Source: Gemmatimonadota bacterium (GTDB taxonomy: Bacteria; Gemmatimonadota; Gemmatimonadetes; Longimicrobiales; RSA9). Taken from it: a stretch of DNA of 64,000 nt. The stretch spans positions 581 to 64,580 of the forward strand of contig JBQTID010000004.1 in NCBI GenBank assembly GCA_052389275.1. The letters run 5' to 3'. Below are positions 33,632 to 43,908 of this stretch, piece after piece; position 1 is the stretch's first letter; every line of letters starts with the position of its first letter. The notes beneath the pieces were generated by a model. The model made no database searches and was not told where the DNA came from. It was given only the letters and a program-made list of their open reading frames with translations. The position numbers and the translations under genes are program-made.

Positions 33632-33655
33632 CGTTTAATCAGTGTGATTCGTCGG

Positions 33656-33684
33656 TTGACGAAACTCCTTCTCCTACCTATTGT
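33656..33684 (+). promoter_or_regulatory. candidate sigma70-type promoter of rpsA
   Basis: TTGACG (33656-33661), 17 nt, TATTGT (33679-33684). A leader of about 100 nt precedes ATG 33793, with a CAGGAG RBS. Confidence 0.35.
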
Positions 33685-33792
33685 TAAAGGCTATCCGGCC
33701 GCGCATTTCCGCGCCCTCCGGGTAGCTGAACCCTCAACCTGTCGGGTCCGCCAGGACCTGCGGCAGCAGCCAGACAGGAGCTTTTCGCATTC

Positions 33793-35565
33793 ATGGCCGA
33801 CATCCAGGACACCAGAGACGAAGTAGAAGATGTGGCAGTAGTCACGCCCAGGAAAAAGGCGAAGTGGACTACAGCTCGTAACGACTTCTTCGAGGAAGAC
33901 GAGTACTCCTCCGAAGAGTACGAGCAGATGATGCAGATGTACGAGGAGACCCTCTCGAACATCGAAGAGGGCGAGATCGTGAAGGCACGCGTGCTGCGCG
34001 TGACCGACAACGCGGTCATCCTCGATGTCGGCTTCAAGAGCGAAGGCTCGATTCCGCGCGACGAATTCAAGAGTCCCGATCAGCTGCAGCCGGGTGACGA
34101 GGTCGAAGTCTTCCTCGAGAACCTCGAGGACTCGGAAGGCGTCGTCGTCCTCTCGAAGAAGAAGGCCGACTTCCTGCGCGTCTGGGAGAAAATCAAGCAG
34201 TCCTACGAAGCGAACGAGAAGGTGCCGGGCACGCTGACCCGCAAGATCAAGGGTGGCGTAACCGTCGACCTGATGGGCGTGGATGCGTTCCTGCCGGGCT
34301 CGCAGATCGCGCTGCGCCGGGTTCCGAACATTGAAGACCTGATTGGTCAGACCTTCGATTTCAAGATCATCAAGCTGAACAAGCGCCGTCGCAACATTGT
34401 CGTTTCGCGCCGCGTCATCCTCGAAGAGGAGCGCTCGACGAAGCGTGAACAGCTCGTGAAGGAGCTGCTGGTCGGCCAGGTACGCAAGGGTGCCGTGAAG
34501 AACGTCACCGACTTCGGCGCCTTCATTGACCTGGGCGGCCTCGACGGCCTGCTGCATATCACGGACATGAGCTGGGGGCGCATTGGCCATCCGTCGGAGA
34601 TCGTATCGATCGGCGACGAGCTGGACGTCAAAGTGCTCGACATCGACTGGAACCGCGAGCGCATCTCGCTCGGTCTCAAGCAGCTGATGCCGTATCCGTG
34701 GAAGGACATCGAGAACAAGTACCCGGTCGGCGCGCGCGTGCGCGGCAGGGTCGTATCGATCACGAACTACGGCGCGTTCATCGAGCTGGAGAAGGGCGTT
34801 GAAGGTCTCGTCCACATCAGCGAGATGTCATGGACGCGCAATGTGAAGCATCCCTCGAAGCTGGTGAACATTGGCGACGAGATCGAGGCGGTCGTGCTGA
34901 AGGTCGATCGCGATGACGAGAAGATCTCGCTCGGCATGAAGCAGATCGAGGAAGATCCATGGCTCGCGCTGCCGGTGAAGTACCCGATCGGCACGCGCGT
35001 CAGCGGCAAGGTGCGCAACCTCACGTCGTTCGGCGCCTTTGTCGAGATCGAGCCGGGCATCGATGGCCTGATCCATATCTCCGACATGAGCTGGACCAAG
35101 CGCGTGCAGCATCCGTCGGAAGTGCTCCGTAAGGGCGACGACGTCGAAGTCGTGGTTCTCGGCGTCGATCCGGAGAACAAGCGCATCTCGCTGGGCTTGA
35201 AGCAGACGCAGGAAGATCCGTGGGATCAGATTGCGCAGCGTTTCTCGCCGGGAGTTGAGGCCGAAGGCAAAGTGGTTCGTCTGCTCGAGGACGGTGTGGT
35301 CGTCGATCTCGGCGATGACATCGAAGGCTTTGTGCCGCGCAGCCACGTGCCGATCACCAAGGGCGATCTCGCCGATCATCTGCGCAGCGGGCAGCGCATG
35401 GATCTGCGTGTCATCGAGACCGATGCGGCGAACCGCCGGATTGTGCTGACGGTCACGCTGGTCCACGAGCCGCCACCGGAGGCCGAACCGGTCAAGATCG
35501 AGACGCCGATTCCGGCGCCGGACGAGATTCCGGCCGATGCCGGCGCCGACGAGTCCACCGACTAG
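33793..35565 (+). CDS. rpsA: 30S ribosomal protein S1
   Basis: 590 aa with six S1-domain repeats (e.g. GEIVKARVLRV, GTLTRKIKGGVTVDL, VKNVTDFGAFIDLGG, GRVVSITNYGAFIELE, GKVRNLTSFGAFVEIE). Confidence 0.95.
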   Translation: MADIQDTRDEVEDVAVVTPRKKAKWTTARNDFFEEDEYSSEEYEQMMQMYEETLSNIEEGEIVKARVLRVTDNAVILDVGFKSEGSIPRDEFKSPDQLQPGDEVEVFLENLEDSEGVVVLSKKKADFLRVWEKIKQSYEANEKVPGTLTRKIKGGVTVDLMGVDAFLPGSQIALRRVPNIEDLIGQTFDFKIIKLNKRRRNIVVSRRVILEEERSTKREQLVKELLVGQVRKGAVKNVTDFGAFIDLGGLDGLLHITDMSWGRIGHPSEIVSIGDELDVKVLDIDWNRERISLGLKQLMPYPWKDIENKYPVGARVRGRVVSITNYGAFIELEKGVEGLVHISEMSWTRNVKHPSKLVNIGDEIEAVVLKVDRDDEKISLGMKQIEEDPWLALPVKYPIGTRVSGKVRNLTSFGAFVEIEPGIDGLIHISDMSWTKRVQHPSEVLRKGDDVEVVVLGVDPENKRISLGLKQTQEDPWDQIAQRFSPGVEAEGKVVRLLEDGVVVDLGDDIEGFVPRSHVPITKGDLADHLRSGQRMDLRVIETDAANRRIVLTVTLVHEPPPEAEPVKIETPIPAPDEIPADAGADESTD

Positions 35566-35589
35566 AGGTAAAGTTGCTCGGGCAGGTCC

Positions 35590-35630
35590 ACGCCCCGCCG
35601 CTGTTTGTTCAGCAGCGGGGCGTCTTTTTT
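35590..35630 (+). terminator. rho-independent terminator after rpsA
   Basis: 14-bp stem ACGCCCCGCCGCTG / CAGCAGCGGGGCGT (one mismatch), 6-nt loop, followed by CTTTTTT. Confidence 0.7.
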
Positions 35631-35706
35631 ACTGGCCCGCCTTGCGCAGGGCCTCACGCGATAATTAGGTTGGCGATCAATATAATTTAGTTCAACCTAA
35701 AATCCC

Positions 35707-36849
35707 ATGAGCCCTATGTTCGGTATGTTTGTCGTGAGTGCCGCAATGGCCGCTACGGCCGCCGACGTGAGTCGCGCCGAAGCGATTCCGTATTTTGCCC
35801 GCAAGTACGGCGTTAGCTGTCAACAGTGTCACGTTGCGCCACCCAAGCTGAATGCGTTTGGCGAGCGGTTCGTGGCGGCGGGGTACCGCGGGCCGGGACT
35901 GACTGCGCGCCGTACGGTGCCATTGGCGCTATGGGTCAGCGGACGCTCGGAATCACTACCGGGGGGGCAAACATCGGATGCGTATCGAGGGTATGCCAAC
36001 CGCATCGAGCTGATTTCCGGTGGAGCTCTCACGGACTGGCTCAGCTATTTCGTGGAATGGCGACCGCTGAGCCTGGAATCGCGAGGCAACGGCACGCTGC
36101 GCGATCGGTCCGGTCGTTTTGAGGATTTGTTCCTGACGCTCTCGCACGGCGCGGTCGAAGTGACTGGCGGGCAATTCAGACAGTTGGGACAAATCGATGT
36201 GTCGCGCCGCCTCGGTCTGAGTGAGCCCCTGGTATTTTCGTCGTCACTGCGGGGCAGAGGTGGCGGCACGAGTCGCGAGATTGCTCTGCGTGCCTTCTCA
36301 CCTGCCGGCAGATCTCCAGCTCTGCGCGCCAGTATAGCGCGCGGTGATGTTTCCCGGTTGCGCTGGACAGGTTCGGTCGCGCTGCCGATCGCCGGCGAGT
36401 TTTCTCTGCCACTGAGTGATAGTGCGCGTGTTCAGGCGAGTAATGAGATCGAGTGGCGGGCCAAAGGAATTTTCGTGGAAAGCTACGCGCGTCGTGATCT
36501 ATGGTCGATCGGTGCGCATCTGTTCTACGATGATAGCCGTCGTTACCTCGCCCAGGCGGTGGGCACGGGTTCGTCGGGATCGCTCTACTTGACGGCAGTG
36601 GGGGGCTTGGCCCAAGCGGGCAGAGTGACGCGTGGACGTTGGTCAGTTGAGGGCGAGTTTGTGCCCCGTTCCTTCGCCGCGCTCGGCATGCGCGTGGAAG
36701 ACCAAGCCGCTGATGGCCAGCCGGAGGCGATACTGCCCTTCGTGAATCTGCACTTCCCGGGGACGCGTTACACAATTCGGCTCACCCTGGAGCGGCGGTT
36801 TCAGCGCGACCGCAATGCCACGTTTCTGGAGGTGGGCGGCATCTTTTGA
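35707..36849 (+). CDS. hypothetical secreted protein with an N-terminal CxxCH motif and an outer-membrane beta-barrel-like body
   Basis: 380 aa. Signal-like N-terminus. IPYFARKYGVSCQQCHVAPPKLNAFGERF (CQQCH is a c-type heme-binding consensus). C-terminal ...FLEVGGIF ends in Phe. No confident family call. Confidence 0.5.
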   Translation: MSPMFGMFVVSAAMAATAADVSRAEAIPYFARKYGVSCQQCHVAPPKLNAFGERFVAAGYRGPGLTARRTVPLALWVSGRSESLPGGQTSDAYRGYANRIELISGGALTDWLSYFVEWRPLSLESRGNGTLRDRSGRFEDLFLTLSHGAVEVTGGQFRQLGQIDVSRRLGLSEPLVFSSSLRGRGGGTSREIALRAFSPAGRSPALRASIARGDVSRLRWTGSVALPIAGEFSLPLSDSARVQASNEIEWRAKGIFVESYARRDLWSIGAHLFYDDSRRYLAQAVGTGSSGSLYLTAVGGLAQAGRVTRGRWSVEGEFVPRSFAALGMRVEDQAADGQPEAILPFVNLHFPGTRYTIRLTLERRFQRDRNATFLEVGGIF

Positions 36850-36872
36850 ACGAACACCTGTGAGGAGCGGCT

Positions 36873-36899
36873 GAAGGAGTTTTCGCTACTCCCTTTTGT
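36873..36899 (+). terminator. weak candidate terminator hairpin
   Basis: GAAGGAGT-TTTCGCT-ACTCCCTT followed by TTG. The stem has a bulge and the T-run is short. Confidence 0.25.
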
Positions 36900-36952
36900 C
36901 CGTTCCTGCTATGTCCTGCCACCCAGCAACTACTGCATCGTTGCGTAGTCCA

Positions 36953-36978
36953 GCATCAATTTCACGCGGGGTACGCGG
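36953..36978. repeat. left arm of the inverted repeat bracketing the GxxExxY gene
   Basis: GCATCAATTTCACGCGGGGTACGCGG. The reverse complement of 37407-37431 is GCATCA-TTTCACGCGGGGTACGCGG: 19 nt perfect, 25/26 with one extra A. Confidence 0.9.
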
Positions 36979-36987
36979 AGGAGCGGA

Positions 36988-37428
36988 GTGCGCGGGGACA
37001 GCGTCGAACTCAACAAGATTACCGGCACAATCATAACTCTGGCGATCGACATTCATACGGCCATCGGACCTGGGCTGTTTGAGTCCGTTTATGAAGTGTT
37101 GCTGGAAGCTGAACTGAAGAAGTTGGGTTTCTTCGTAGAACGCCAGAAAGCCATGGGATTCGAGTTTCGCGGTTATCGGTTCGAAAACGCCTTCGTCCTC
37201 GATTTGTTGGTGAATAACAGCGTTATTGTTGAATTGAAATCCGTCGAACGTTTCGCGCCTGTATTCGAAAAACAACTGCAAACCTACCTTCGCCTGAGCA
37301 ACTGCCGGGTGGGTCTCCTGATCAATTTCAACGAATCATCTCTGAAGAATGGGATCCGGCGAGTGGTAAATCGTCTCGACGAAGCAACTCCGCGAACCCC
37401 GCTGCCCCGCGTACCCCGCGTGAAATGA
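36988..37428 (+). CDS. GxxExxY protein (PD-(D/E)XK nuclease-like family)
   Basis: 146 aa. GTG start preceded by AGGAG. ITGTIITLAIDIHTAIGPGLFESVYEVLLEAELKKLGF...VLDLLVNNSVIVELKSVE...QLQTYLRLSNCRVGLLINFN carries the GxxExxY signature (GLFESVY) and a D...ELK core. Visibly lower G+C than its neighbours. Confidence 0.8.
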   Translation: MRGDSVELNKITGTIITLAIDIHTAIGPGLFESVYEVLLEAELKKLGFFVERQKAMGFEFRGYRFENAFVLDLLVNNSVIVELKSVERFAPVFEKQLQTYLRLSNCRVGLLINFNESSLKNGIRRVVNRLDEATPRTPLPRVPRVK

Positions 37429-37431
37429 TGC
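37407..37431. repeat. right arm of the inverted repeat bracketing the GxxExxY gene
   Basis: CCGCGTACCCCGCGTGAAATGATGC. Includes the last codons and the stop codon of the gene. Confidence 0.9.
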
Positions 37432-37574
37432 GAGTCATCGCGATGCCGCGGCTGCCGTCCGCCCGGGCGATCCGGAGTCCTTCAGGTGAGGTTTGTTGAG
37501 CGAGGAATGCCTTGGCTTTGGCGTTCATGCCGGGCGTAGCAGCATAAGACATTCCGCGTTAGCTTCCCGCGCCT

Positions 37575-39125
37575 ATGAGCATGCGCGACAAGCTGAACCA
37601 ATTGGAGGCACTGCGGCGGGACGCCGAACTGGGCGGTGGTGAAGACCGGCTGAAAGCACAGCACGAGCGCGGCAAGCTGTCGGCTCGCGAGCGGCTGGAT
37701 CTGCTGCTGGACGATAACAGCTTCGTCGAGCTTGACCGCTTCGTTACGCAGCGCGCGACCACGGCCGCTCCCGGAGAGCAGAAATATTTCGGGGACGGCG
37801 TCGTCACCGGCTACGGCACCATCAACGGCCGGCTCGTCTATGTTTTCAGTCAGGACTTCTCGGTATTCGGCGGCTCACTGGCGGAGGCGCACGCGGCGAA
37901 GATCGTGAAGGTGATGGACCTGGCAATGAAGACGGGCGCGCCGGTGATTGGACTGAACGATTCCGGCGGCGCACGCATTCAGGAAGGCGTAGTCAGTCTT
38001 GGCGCGTACGCGGACATCTTCCTGCGCAACACGCTCGCGTCCGGCGTCGTGCCGCAGATCAGCGCGATCCTTGGTCCGTGCGCTGGCGGCGCCGTTTACT
38101 CGCCTGCCATAACGGATTTCATCTACATGGTGCGCGGCACCAGCTACATGTTCGTGACCGGGCCGAACGTGGTGAAGACCGTGACGCACGAATCGATCGA
38201 TATGGAAGGGCTGGGCGGGGCGGACGTGCATGCGAGCACTTCGGGTATCGCGCATTTCGCGCATGACTCGGAGCTCGAGTCTCTGCAAGCCATCCGAAAG
38301 CTCTTCGATTTCATTCCGCAAAACAACCTCGAGGATCCGCCGCGCCGCGAAACCACTGATCCATTCGACCGTGCCGACGAGGAGCTGCTCGAAGTCGTGC
38401 CCGATGAGCCGGCCAAGCCGTACGACATGCACGACGTCATTCGTCGCATTGTCGATGAAGGCGATTTCTATGAGATCCACCGCGACTATGCGCAGAACAT
38501 TATCGTGGGCTTCGCTCATTTGGGCGGCCACTCGGTTGGCGTAGTGGCAAACCAGCCGGCAGTACTCGCCGGCGTGCTGGACATCAACAGCTCGGTCAAA
38601 GGCGCGCGCTTCGTGCGTTTTTGCGACGCCTTCAACATCCCGCTCGTTGTCTTCGAGGACGTGCCCGGCTTTCTGCCGGGCGTCGGGCAGGAGCATGGCG
38701 GCATTATCCGTCACGGCGCCAAGCTGCTCTACGCGTTCTGCGAAGCAACGGTGCCGCGCCTGACCGTGATCACGCGCAAGGCTTACGGTGGCGCCTATGA
38801 CGTCATGAACTCGAAGCACATCCGCGGCGACATCAACCTGGCGTGGCCGACCGCCGAGATCGCCGTGATGGGACCGAAAGGCGCGGTCGAGATTCTGTTT
38901 CGCAGAGAAATTGCCGAAGCCGACGACCGGGAAGCCGCAACCCGGGCGCGCGAGCAGGAGTATCGCGATCAATTCGCGCATCCGTACGAAGCGGCAGCAC
39001 GCGGCTTCATCGACGACGTGATCGATCCGCGCGAGACGCGCGCGCGCCTGATCAGCGGCCTGGACATGCTGCGCACCAAGAAAGACTCGAACCCGCCCAG
39101 AAAACACGGGAACATCCCATTGTGA
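37575..39125 (+). CDS. pccB: acyl-CoA (propionyl-CoA) carboxylase, carboxyltransferase beta subunit
   Basis: 516 aa. [63 protein letters not shown]...[14 protein letters not shown]. Confidence 0.9.
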   Translation: MSMRDKLNQLEALRRDAELGGGEDRLKAQHERGKLSARERLDLLLDDNSFVELDRFVTQRATTAAPGEQKYFGDGVVTGYGTINGRLVYVFSQDFSVFGGSLAEAHAAKIVKVMDLAMKTGAPVIGLNDSGGARIQEGVVSLGAYADIFLRNTLASGVVPQISAILGPCAGGAVYSPAITDFIYMVRGTSYMFVTGPNVVKTVTHESIDMEGLGGADVHASTSGIAHFAHDSELESLQAIRKLFDFIPQNNLEDPPRRETTDPFDRADEELLEVVPDEPAKPYDMHDVIRRIVDEGDFYEIHRDYAQNIIVGFAHLGGHSVGVVANQPAVLAGVLDINSSVKGARFVRFCDAFNIPLVVFEDVPGFLPGVGQEHGGIIRHGAKLLYAFCEATVPRLTVITRKAYGGAYDVMNSKHIRGDINLAWPTAEIAVMGPKGAVEILFRREIAEADDREAATRAREQEYRDQFAHPYEAAARGFIDDVIDPRETRARLISGLDMLRTKKDSNPPRKHGNIPL

Positions 39126-40630
39126 GCATAAAGAGCGTTCTCGTAGCGAATCGTGGCGAGATCGCCGTCCGCATCATCCGCGCATGTCGTGAGCTAGGTA
39201 TTGAGGCCGTTGCAGTCTATTCCGAAGCCGATGTCACCGCACCGCATGTACTGCTTGCCGATCGGGCTTATCTGATCGGTGCCGCGCCGTCTGCACAGAG
39301 TTACCTGCGCGCTGATACGCTCATCGAAACCGCGGTCCGCGCGGGCTGTGACGCGCTTCATCCCGGCTATGGATTTCTGGCCGAGCGCGCACACTTTGCG
39401 ACAGAGGTCGAGGCTGCGGGTCTCATTTTCGTCGGCCCAACTCCCGAGGCGATCAATGCCATGGGTGACAAGACGGAGGCGAGGCGGCGTATGCAGGCGA
39501 CCGGCGTTCCGGTGGTTCCGGGCACAACGACGCCTGCCCGGGACGCAAAGAGCGCCGCGGAGGATGCCAGGGACATCGGCTTGCCGGTCCTCCTGAAGGC
39601 GGCTGCCGGCGGTGGCGGCAAAGGCATGCGCATCGTCGATAGCGAGGAGAATATCGCACGCGCGTTCGAGGCGGCATCGAACGAAGCGCGCTCCGCTTTC
39701 GGTGATGGCAGCGTCTACATCGAGAAGTATCTGAGTGGTCCGCGCCACATCGAGATCCAGGTGCTCGCGGATGCGCACGGCAACACCGTGTATCTAGGTG
39801 AACGCGAGTGCTCGATCCAACGCCGCCATCAGAAACTGATCGAAGAAGCGCCTTCGCCAGTGCTCACGCCGCAACTTCGCAGCCAGATGGGCATGGCGGC
39901 CGTCGCGGCCGCCAAGGCGGTCGCTTACCGCAACGCCGGCACCATCGAGTTTCTATTGCAGGATGACGAGTTCTATTTCCACGAGATGAACACGCGCATC
40001 CAGGTGGAGCATCCGATCACCGAGCTGCTCACAGGCATCGACCTGGTGCAATGGCAACTGCGCGTCGCGGCCGGTGAGAAACTCGCCTTCCGTCAGGATG
40101 ACGTTGCCATTTCCGGCCATGCGATCGAATGCCGCATCACAAGTGAAGATGCGGGCAACAATTTCATGCCTTCGACCGGCCGCATCACATTGCTGGCTGT
40201 GCCAGCCGGACCGGGCGTGCGCTGGGATAGCGGCATTCACGAGGGCTCCGACATCTCGCTGCACTATGACCCCATGCTCGCCAAGCTTATTGTCCACGCA
40301 GACACTCGCGAGGCGGCGATCGAGCGCATGCGACGTGCGCTCTCCGAATTGACCATTGTCGGCGTGGAAACCAGCATTCCATTTCATTTGCGCGTGATGG
40401 CGGAACCGGATTTCATGCGTGGCGACATGGACATCCGTTACGTCGAGCTGCATCCGGACGTGACAGCGCTGAAACCGACTGAATCAACCGCGCGCGCGGC
40501 CGCGATCGCTGCCGCATTGCTGGAAGATGAGGACCGCCACCGGCGAACGGTATCCAGGTCCGAAGCGAGAGCCGGATCGGGAGTTGCGGCCGGATCGCGG
40601 ACGGGTTGGCTGCGCCGCGGGTGGCGCTGA
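39122..40630 (+). CDS. biotin carboxylase subunit (no fused biotinyl domain)
   Basis: ORF 38843..40630. GTG at 39122 overlaps the pcc[66 protein letters not shown]. Confidence 0.9.
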   Translation: MSIKSVLVANRGEIAVRIIRACRELGIEAVAVYSEADVTAPHVLLADRAYLIGAAPSAQSYLRADTLIETAVRAGCDALHPGYGFLAERAHFATEVEAAGLIFVGPTPEAINAMGDKTEARRRMQATGVPVVPGTTTPARDAKSAAEDARDIGLPVLLKAAAGGGGKGMRIVDSEENIARAFEAASNEARSAFGDGSVYIEKYLSGPRHIEIQVLADAHGNTVYLGERECSIQRRHQKLIEEAPSPVLTPQLRSQMGMAAVAAAKAVAYRNAGTIEFLLQDDEFYFHEMNTRIQVEHPITELLTGIDLVQWQLRVAAGEKLAFRQDDVAISGHAIECRITSEDAGNNFMPSTGRITLLAVPAGPGVRWDSGIHEGSDISLHYDPMLAKLIVHADTREAAIERMRRALSELTIVGVETSIPFHLRVMAEPDFMRGDMDIRYVELHPDVTALKPTESTARAAAIAAALLEDEDRHRRTVSRSEARAGSGVAAGSRTGWLRRGWR

Positions 40631-41901
40631 TGTCCGAGCTCGTGCAGATCACGAACATTGCAGCGGGTGGCGCCGGCGTCGGCCGCTTGCGGGATGGGCG
40701 CGCCGTTTTCGTGCATCGCACCGCGACGGGTGATCGCGTGAACGTTACCCTCGTCGAGAAGAAGAAAACGTGGGCGCGCGGTGCGCTGGAACGTATCGAA
40801 ACGCCGGGTCCCGGCCGGCGCGACGCACCCTGCCGCTACTATGACAAATGTGGGGGCTGCACACTCGAGCATCTCGAGTACGAGACGCAGCTGGCCGCGA
40901 AATCGCAGATCGTACACGATGCGCTGACTCGCATCGGCAAGCTGACGGTCGAGGCGCCGGTCGTGATCGGCTCACCGCACGAATTTCGTTATCGCAATCG
41001 CGTTTCGTTCACGCTACTGCGACTTGCCAATCGCGTGGTCGCGGGGTTCCACGAGCTGGAGCAGCCGGGTCGCGTGCTCGATGTCGGATCGGCATGTCTG
41101 CTGCCCGAAGAGGCGATCGCGGCTGCGTGGAAACAGCTGCGCACCGTTTGGGGCGAGCGCGCTCTGTTGTTGCCCGCGGGACAGAAGCTTCGCCTCACAT
41201 TGCGAGCAACCGCCGAAGGCGTGGTATCACTGGTCGTCGAAGGCGGCAACAACCCCGGCCAACCCGATGCCCTGCTTGCCGCCGCAACCAGGATCGCATC
41301 CATCTGGCACCGGCCACGCCCGGACGCTCCGCTCGTTCTGCTCGCCGGCAGCGAAGCGATAGCGGAATCGTGGCAGGACGAAGATCTCGACCTTTCCGGC
41401 TCGGTTTTCCTTCAGGTCAATCGCGCGGCCGCGCAACTGCTCGAAGAGCATGTGATGAGCATGCTCGGCGACGTGACGGGCAAAGGAATCGTTGATGCGT
41501 ACTGCGGGGTTGGGCTGCACGCGCGTCGTCTTGCGCGTATGGGTGCGCTGGTGATCGGCATTGAGCTGGACCCGCTTGCGATCGACGAGGCCAAAGCCGC
41601 AAACGTCGAGGGCACGCGTTTCGTGTGTGGACGCACCGAGGATGAAATCGCGCGCTTTCTGCCTGCCGACATCGTGATCCTCAATCCACCTCGCGCCGGC
41701 ATTCACGAATCAGTCGCGCGGATTCTGGTAAAAAAGACGGGCAAACGGCTGATCTACGTCAGCTGCAACCCGGCCACGCTGGCGCGCGATCTGGATCGGC
41801 TGCGTGCGTGCTATCATGTCGAATCGGTGCGCGGTTTCGATCTGTTCCCGCAAACCGCACATGTCGAGACCGTGGTTGAGCTGAGATGCGCTACTACGTA
41901 A
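40630..41901 (+). CDS. RumA/TrmA-type SAM-dependent RNA (uracil-5) methyltransferase with TRAM domain and Cys cluster
   Basis: ORF 40606..41901. ATG at 40630 shares a base with the upstream TGA. TRAM-like ITNIAAGGAGVGRLRDGRAVFVHRTATGDRV. CRYYDKCGGCTLEHL is an Fe-S-type Cys cluster. DAYCGVG...ILNPPRAG...YVSCNPATLARD. Confidence 0.8.
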   Translation: MSELVQITNIAAGGAGVGRLRDGRAVFVHRTATGDRVNVTLVEKKKTWARGALERIETPGPGRRDAPCRYYDKCGGCTLEHLEYETQLAAKSQIVHDALTRIGKLTVEAPVVIGSPHEFRYRNRVSFTLLRLANRVVAGFHELEQPGRVLDVGSACLLPEEAIAAAWKQLRTVWGERALLLPAGQKLRLTLRATAEGVVSLVVEGGNNPGQPDALLAAATRIASIWHRPRPDAPLVLLAGSEAIAESWQDEDLDLSGSVFLQVNRAAAQLLEEHVMSMLGDVTGKGIVDAYCGVGLHARRLARMGALVIGIELDPLAIDEAKAANVEGTRFVCGRTEDEIARFLPADIVILNPPRAGIHESVARILVKKTGKRLIYVSCNPATLARDLDRLRACYHVESVRGFDLFPQTAHVETVVELRCATT

Positions 41902-42395
41902 CCATCGGCGAACGGACGTTCGAGGTCGACCTCGCCGGTGGCAAGGTGACGGTGGACGGTGAGCCGGTCGACGTCGAGCTGCTGCCAGTGAGTGGCACGC
42001 CATTGCGGCGTCTCGCCGTGAACGGACAGTCGCACCGCCTGATCGCGGATCGCGGCGATGTGCGCGGCGAATGGGACTTGCACCTGGATGCCGAGCGCGT
42101 AATAGCGGATGTCGTCGATGAGCGCACCCGAGCCATTCGCGCACTTACCGCGCGCAGCACGGCCACGCATGCTCCCAAGCCGGTGCGTGCGCCGATGCCG
42201 GGGATGGTGGTGCGCGTGGAAGTGCGGCCCGGCGACAAGGTGAAGGCAGGGCAAGGCGTCGTCATCATGGAAGCGATGAAGATGGAAAATGAACTAAAGG
42301 CGGATGCGGCCGGCACGGTTTCCAAGGTGGCGATCGCTGCGGGCACCGCCGTCGAAAAGGGCGTAGTGCTGATCGAGTTTGCCGCGGATGGCTGA
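41886..42395 (+). CDS. biotin carboxyl carrier-type protein (biotinyl domain, EAMKME motif)
   Basis: 169 aa. C-terminal [44 protein letters not shown]. About 100 aa at the N-terminus are of unknown type. Confidence 0.8.
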   Translation: MRYYVTIGERTFEVDLAGGKVTVDGEPVDVELLPVSGTPLRRLAVNGQSHRLIADRGDVRGEWDLHLDAERVIADVVDERTRAIRALTARSTATHAPKPVRAPMPGMVVRVEVRPGDKVKAGQGVVIMEAMKMENELKADAAGTVSKVAIAAGTAVEKGVVLIEFAADG

Positions 42396-43893
42396 GCAAG
42401 AGCAGGCCGGCGAGTTTCCGTTCACGCGCGGCGTGTATCCGAGCATGTATAGCGGCCGCTTGTGGACGATGCGGCAGTATGCGGGGTTTGGCACCGCCGA
42501 GGAAACCAACCGGCGCTATCGCTATCTGCTGGATCACGGCCAGACGGGTCTGAGCGTTGCATTCGATCTGCCGACGCAAATGGGGCACGACTCGGACGCG
42601 GCCATGGCCGAGGGTGAGGTCGGGCGGGTTGGTGTTGCGATCAGCTCGATCGAAGACATGCGTGCGCTGTTCGATCAGATCCCGCTCGACAAAGTGTCGG
42701 TATCGATGACGATCAACTCGACGGCCGCGATATTACTTGCGCTGTATGTCGCGGTTGCGGACGAGAGAGGCATCAGCCGATCGCAGCTCGCCGGCACCGT
42801 TCAGAACGACATCCTGAAGGAATACATCGCGCGCGGCACCTACATCTATCCGGTCGAGTCGAGCCTCAGGCTGGTCACGGATCTGTTCGCGTTTACAGCG
42901 GCGCAGGTACCGAAATGGAATCCAATCTCGATCAGCGGTTATCATATTCGTGAAGCGGGCTCGACCGCCGCGCAGGAAATCGCATTCACCTTCGCCAACG
43001 GACTCGAATACGTTAGGCGCGCGCTGGCGCGCGGCATGCCGCTCGAGTCGTTAGGGCCACGGCTGTCGTTCTTATTCGCGGCGCACAGCAATATGTTCGA
43101 GGAAGTCGCGAAATTCCGTGCTGCCCGGCGCCTGTGGGCGAAGCTGGTGAGGGAACGGTTCAATGCGTCGGATGAGACGGCTCGCATGCGTTTTCACACG
43201 CAGACCGGCGGCGTGACGCTCACGGCGCAGCAGCCGCTCAACAACGTAGTCAGAGTCACGATCCAGGCCCTGGCGGCTACGCTGGGTGGTACCCAGTCGC
43301 TGCACACGAACGCGTACGACGAGGCGCTTGCGCTGCCGACCGAGCAGTCGGCGAAGCTCGCGCTGCGGACGCAACAGATCATCGCAAACGAATCCCGTAT
43401 CGCCGAAGCCGTTGATCCGCTGGGCGGCAGCTACTACGTGGAGGCGCTGACCGACGAGCTGGAAGCACGCGCACTGGAATACATTTGCGAGGTCGATGGT
43501 CTGGGCGGTGCGAGCAAGGCGGTGGAGTATTTCAAGAACGAGATACACAAGGCGTCCTACCAGCACCAGCTGGATGTGGAGGCGGGGAAGCGCATGATTG
43601 TCGGCGTGAACGTGTTTCGCGAGGACGAGACCGCTCTGCGCATCGAGCGGCCCGACTATTCAACGCTGGAAGCCGCGCAACGCGCCAGGCTGGCGGTGCT
43701 GCGCGAGCGCCGTGATGCTGGCGCAGTGGCGGCCGCGCTCGGGCGCGTGCGCGACAGCGCACGTGATGCCTCGACCAACCTGCTGCCGATTCTGATCGAC
43801 GCAGTGACGGCGTATGCTACGCTGGGCGAGATATCGGATGTGTTGCGACAGGAATGGGGCGTCTACCGCGGAGTAGCGGGGCAGCAAGGCTAA
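42388..43893 (+). CDS. methylmalonyl-CoA mutase-family large (substrate-binding) subunit, with no B12-binding domain
   Basis: ORF 42379..43893. [76 protein letters not shown]. It ends before where the B12-binding domain would start. Confidence 0.85.
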   Translation: MAEQEQAGEFPFTRGVYPSMYSGRLWTMRQYAGFGTAEETNRRYRYLLDHGQTGLSVAFDLPTQMGHDSDAAMAEGEVGRVGVAISSIEDMRALFDQIPLDKVSVSMTINSTAAILLALYVAVADERGISRSQLAGTVQNDILKEYIARGTYIYPVESSLRLVTDLFAFTAAQVPKWNPISISGYHIREAGSTAAQEIAFTFANGLEYVRRALARGMPLESLGPRLSFLFAAHSNMFEEVAKFRAARRLWAKLVRERFNASDETARMRFHTQTGGVTLTAQQPLNNVVRVTIQALAATLGGTQSLHTNAYDEALALPTEQSAKLALRTQQIIANESRIAEAVDPLGGSYYVEALTDELEARALEYICEVDGLGGASKAVEYFKNEIHKASYQHQLDVEAGKRMIVGVNVFREDETALRIERPDYSTLEAAQRARLAVLRERRDAGAVAAALGRVRDSARDASTNLLPILIDAVTAYATLGEISDVLRQEWGVYRGVAGQQG

Positions 43894-43908
43894 GTGTAGT
43901 ATTCAGAT

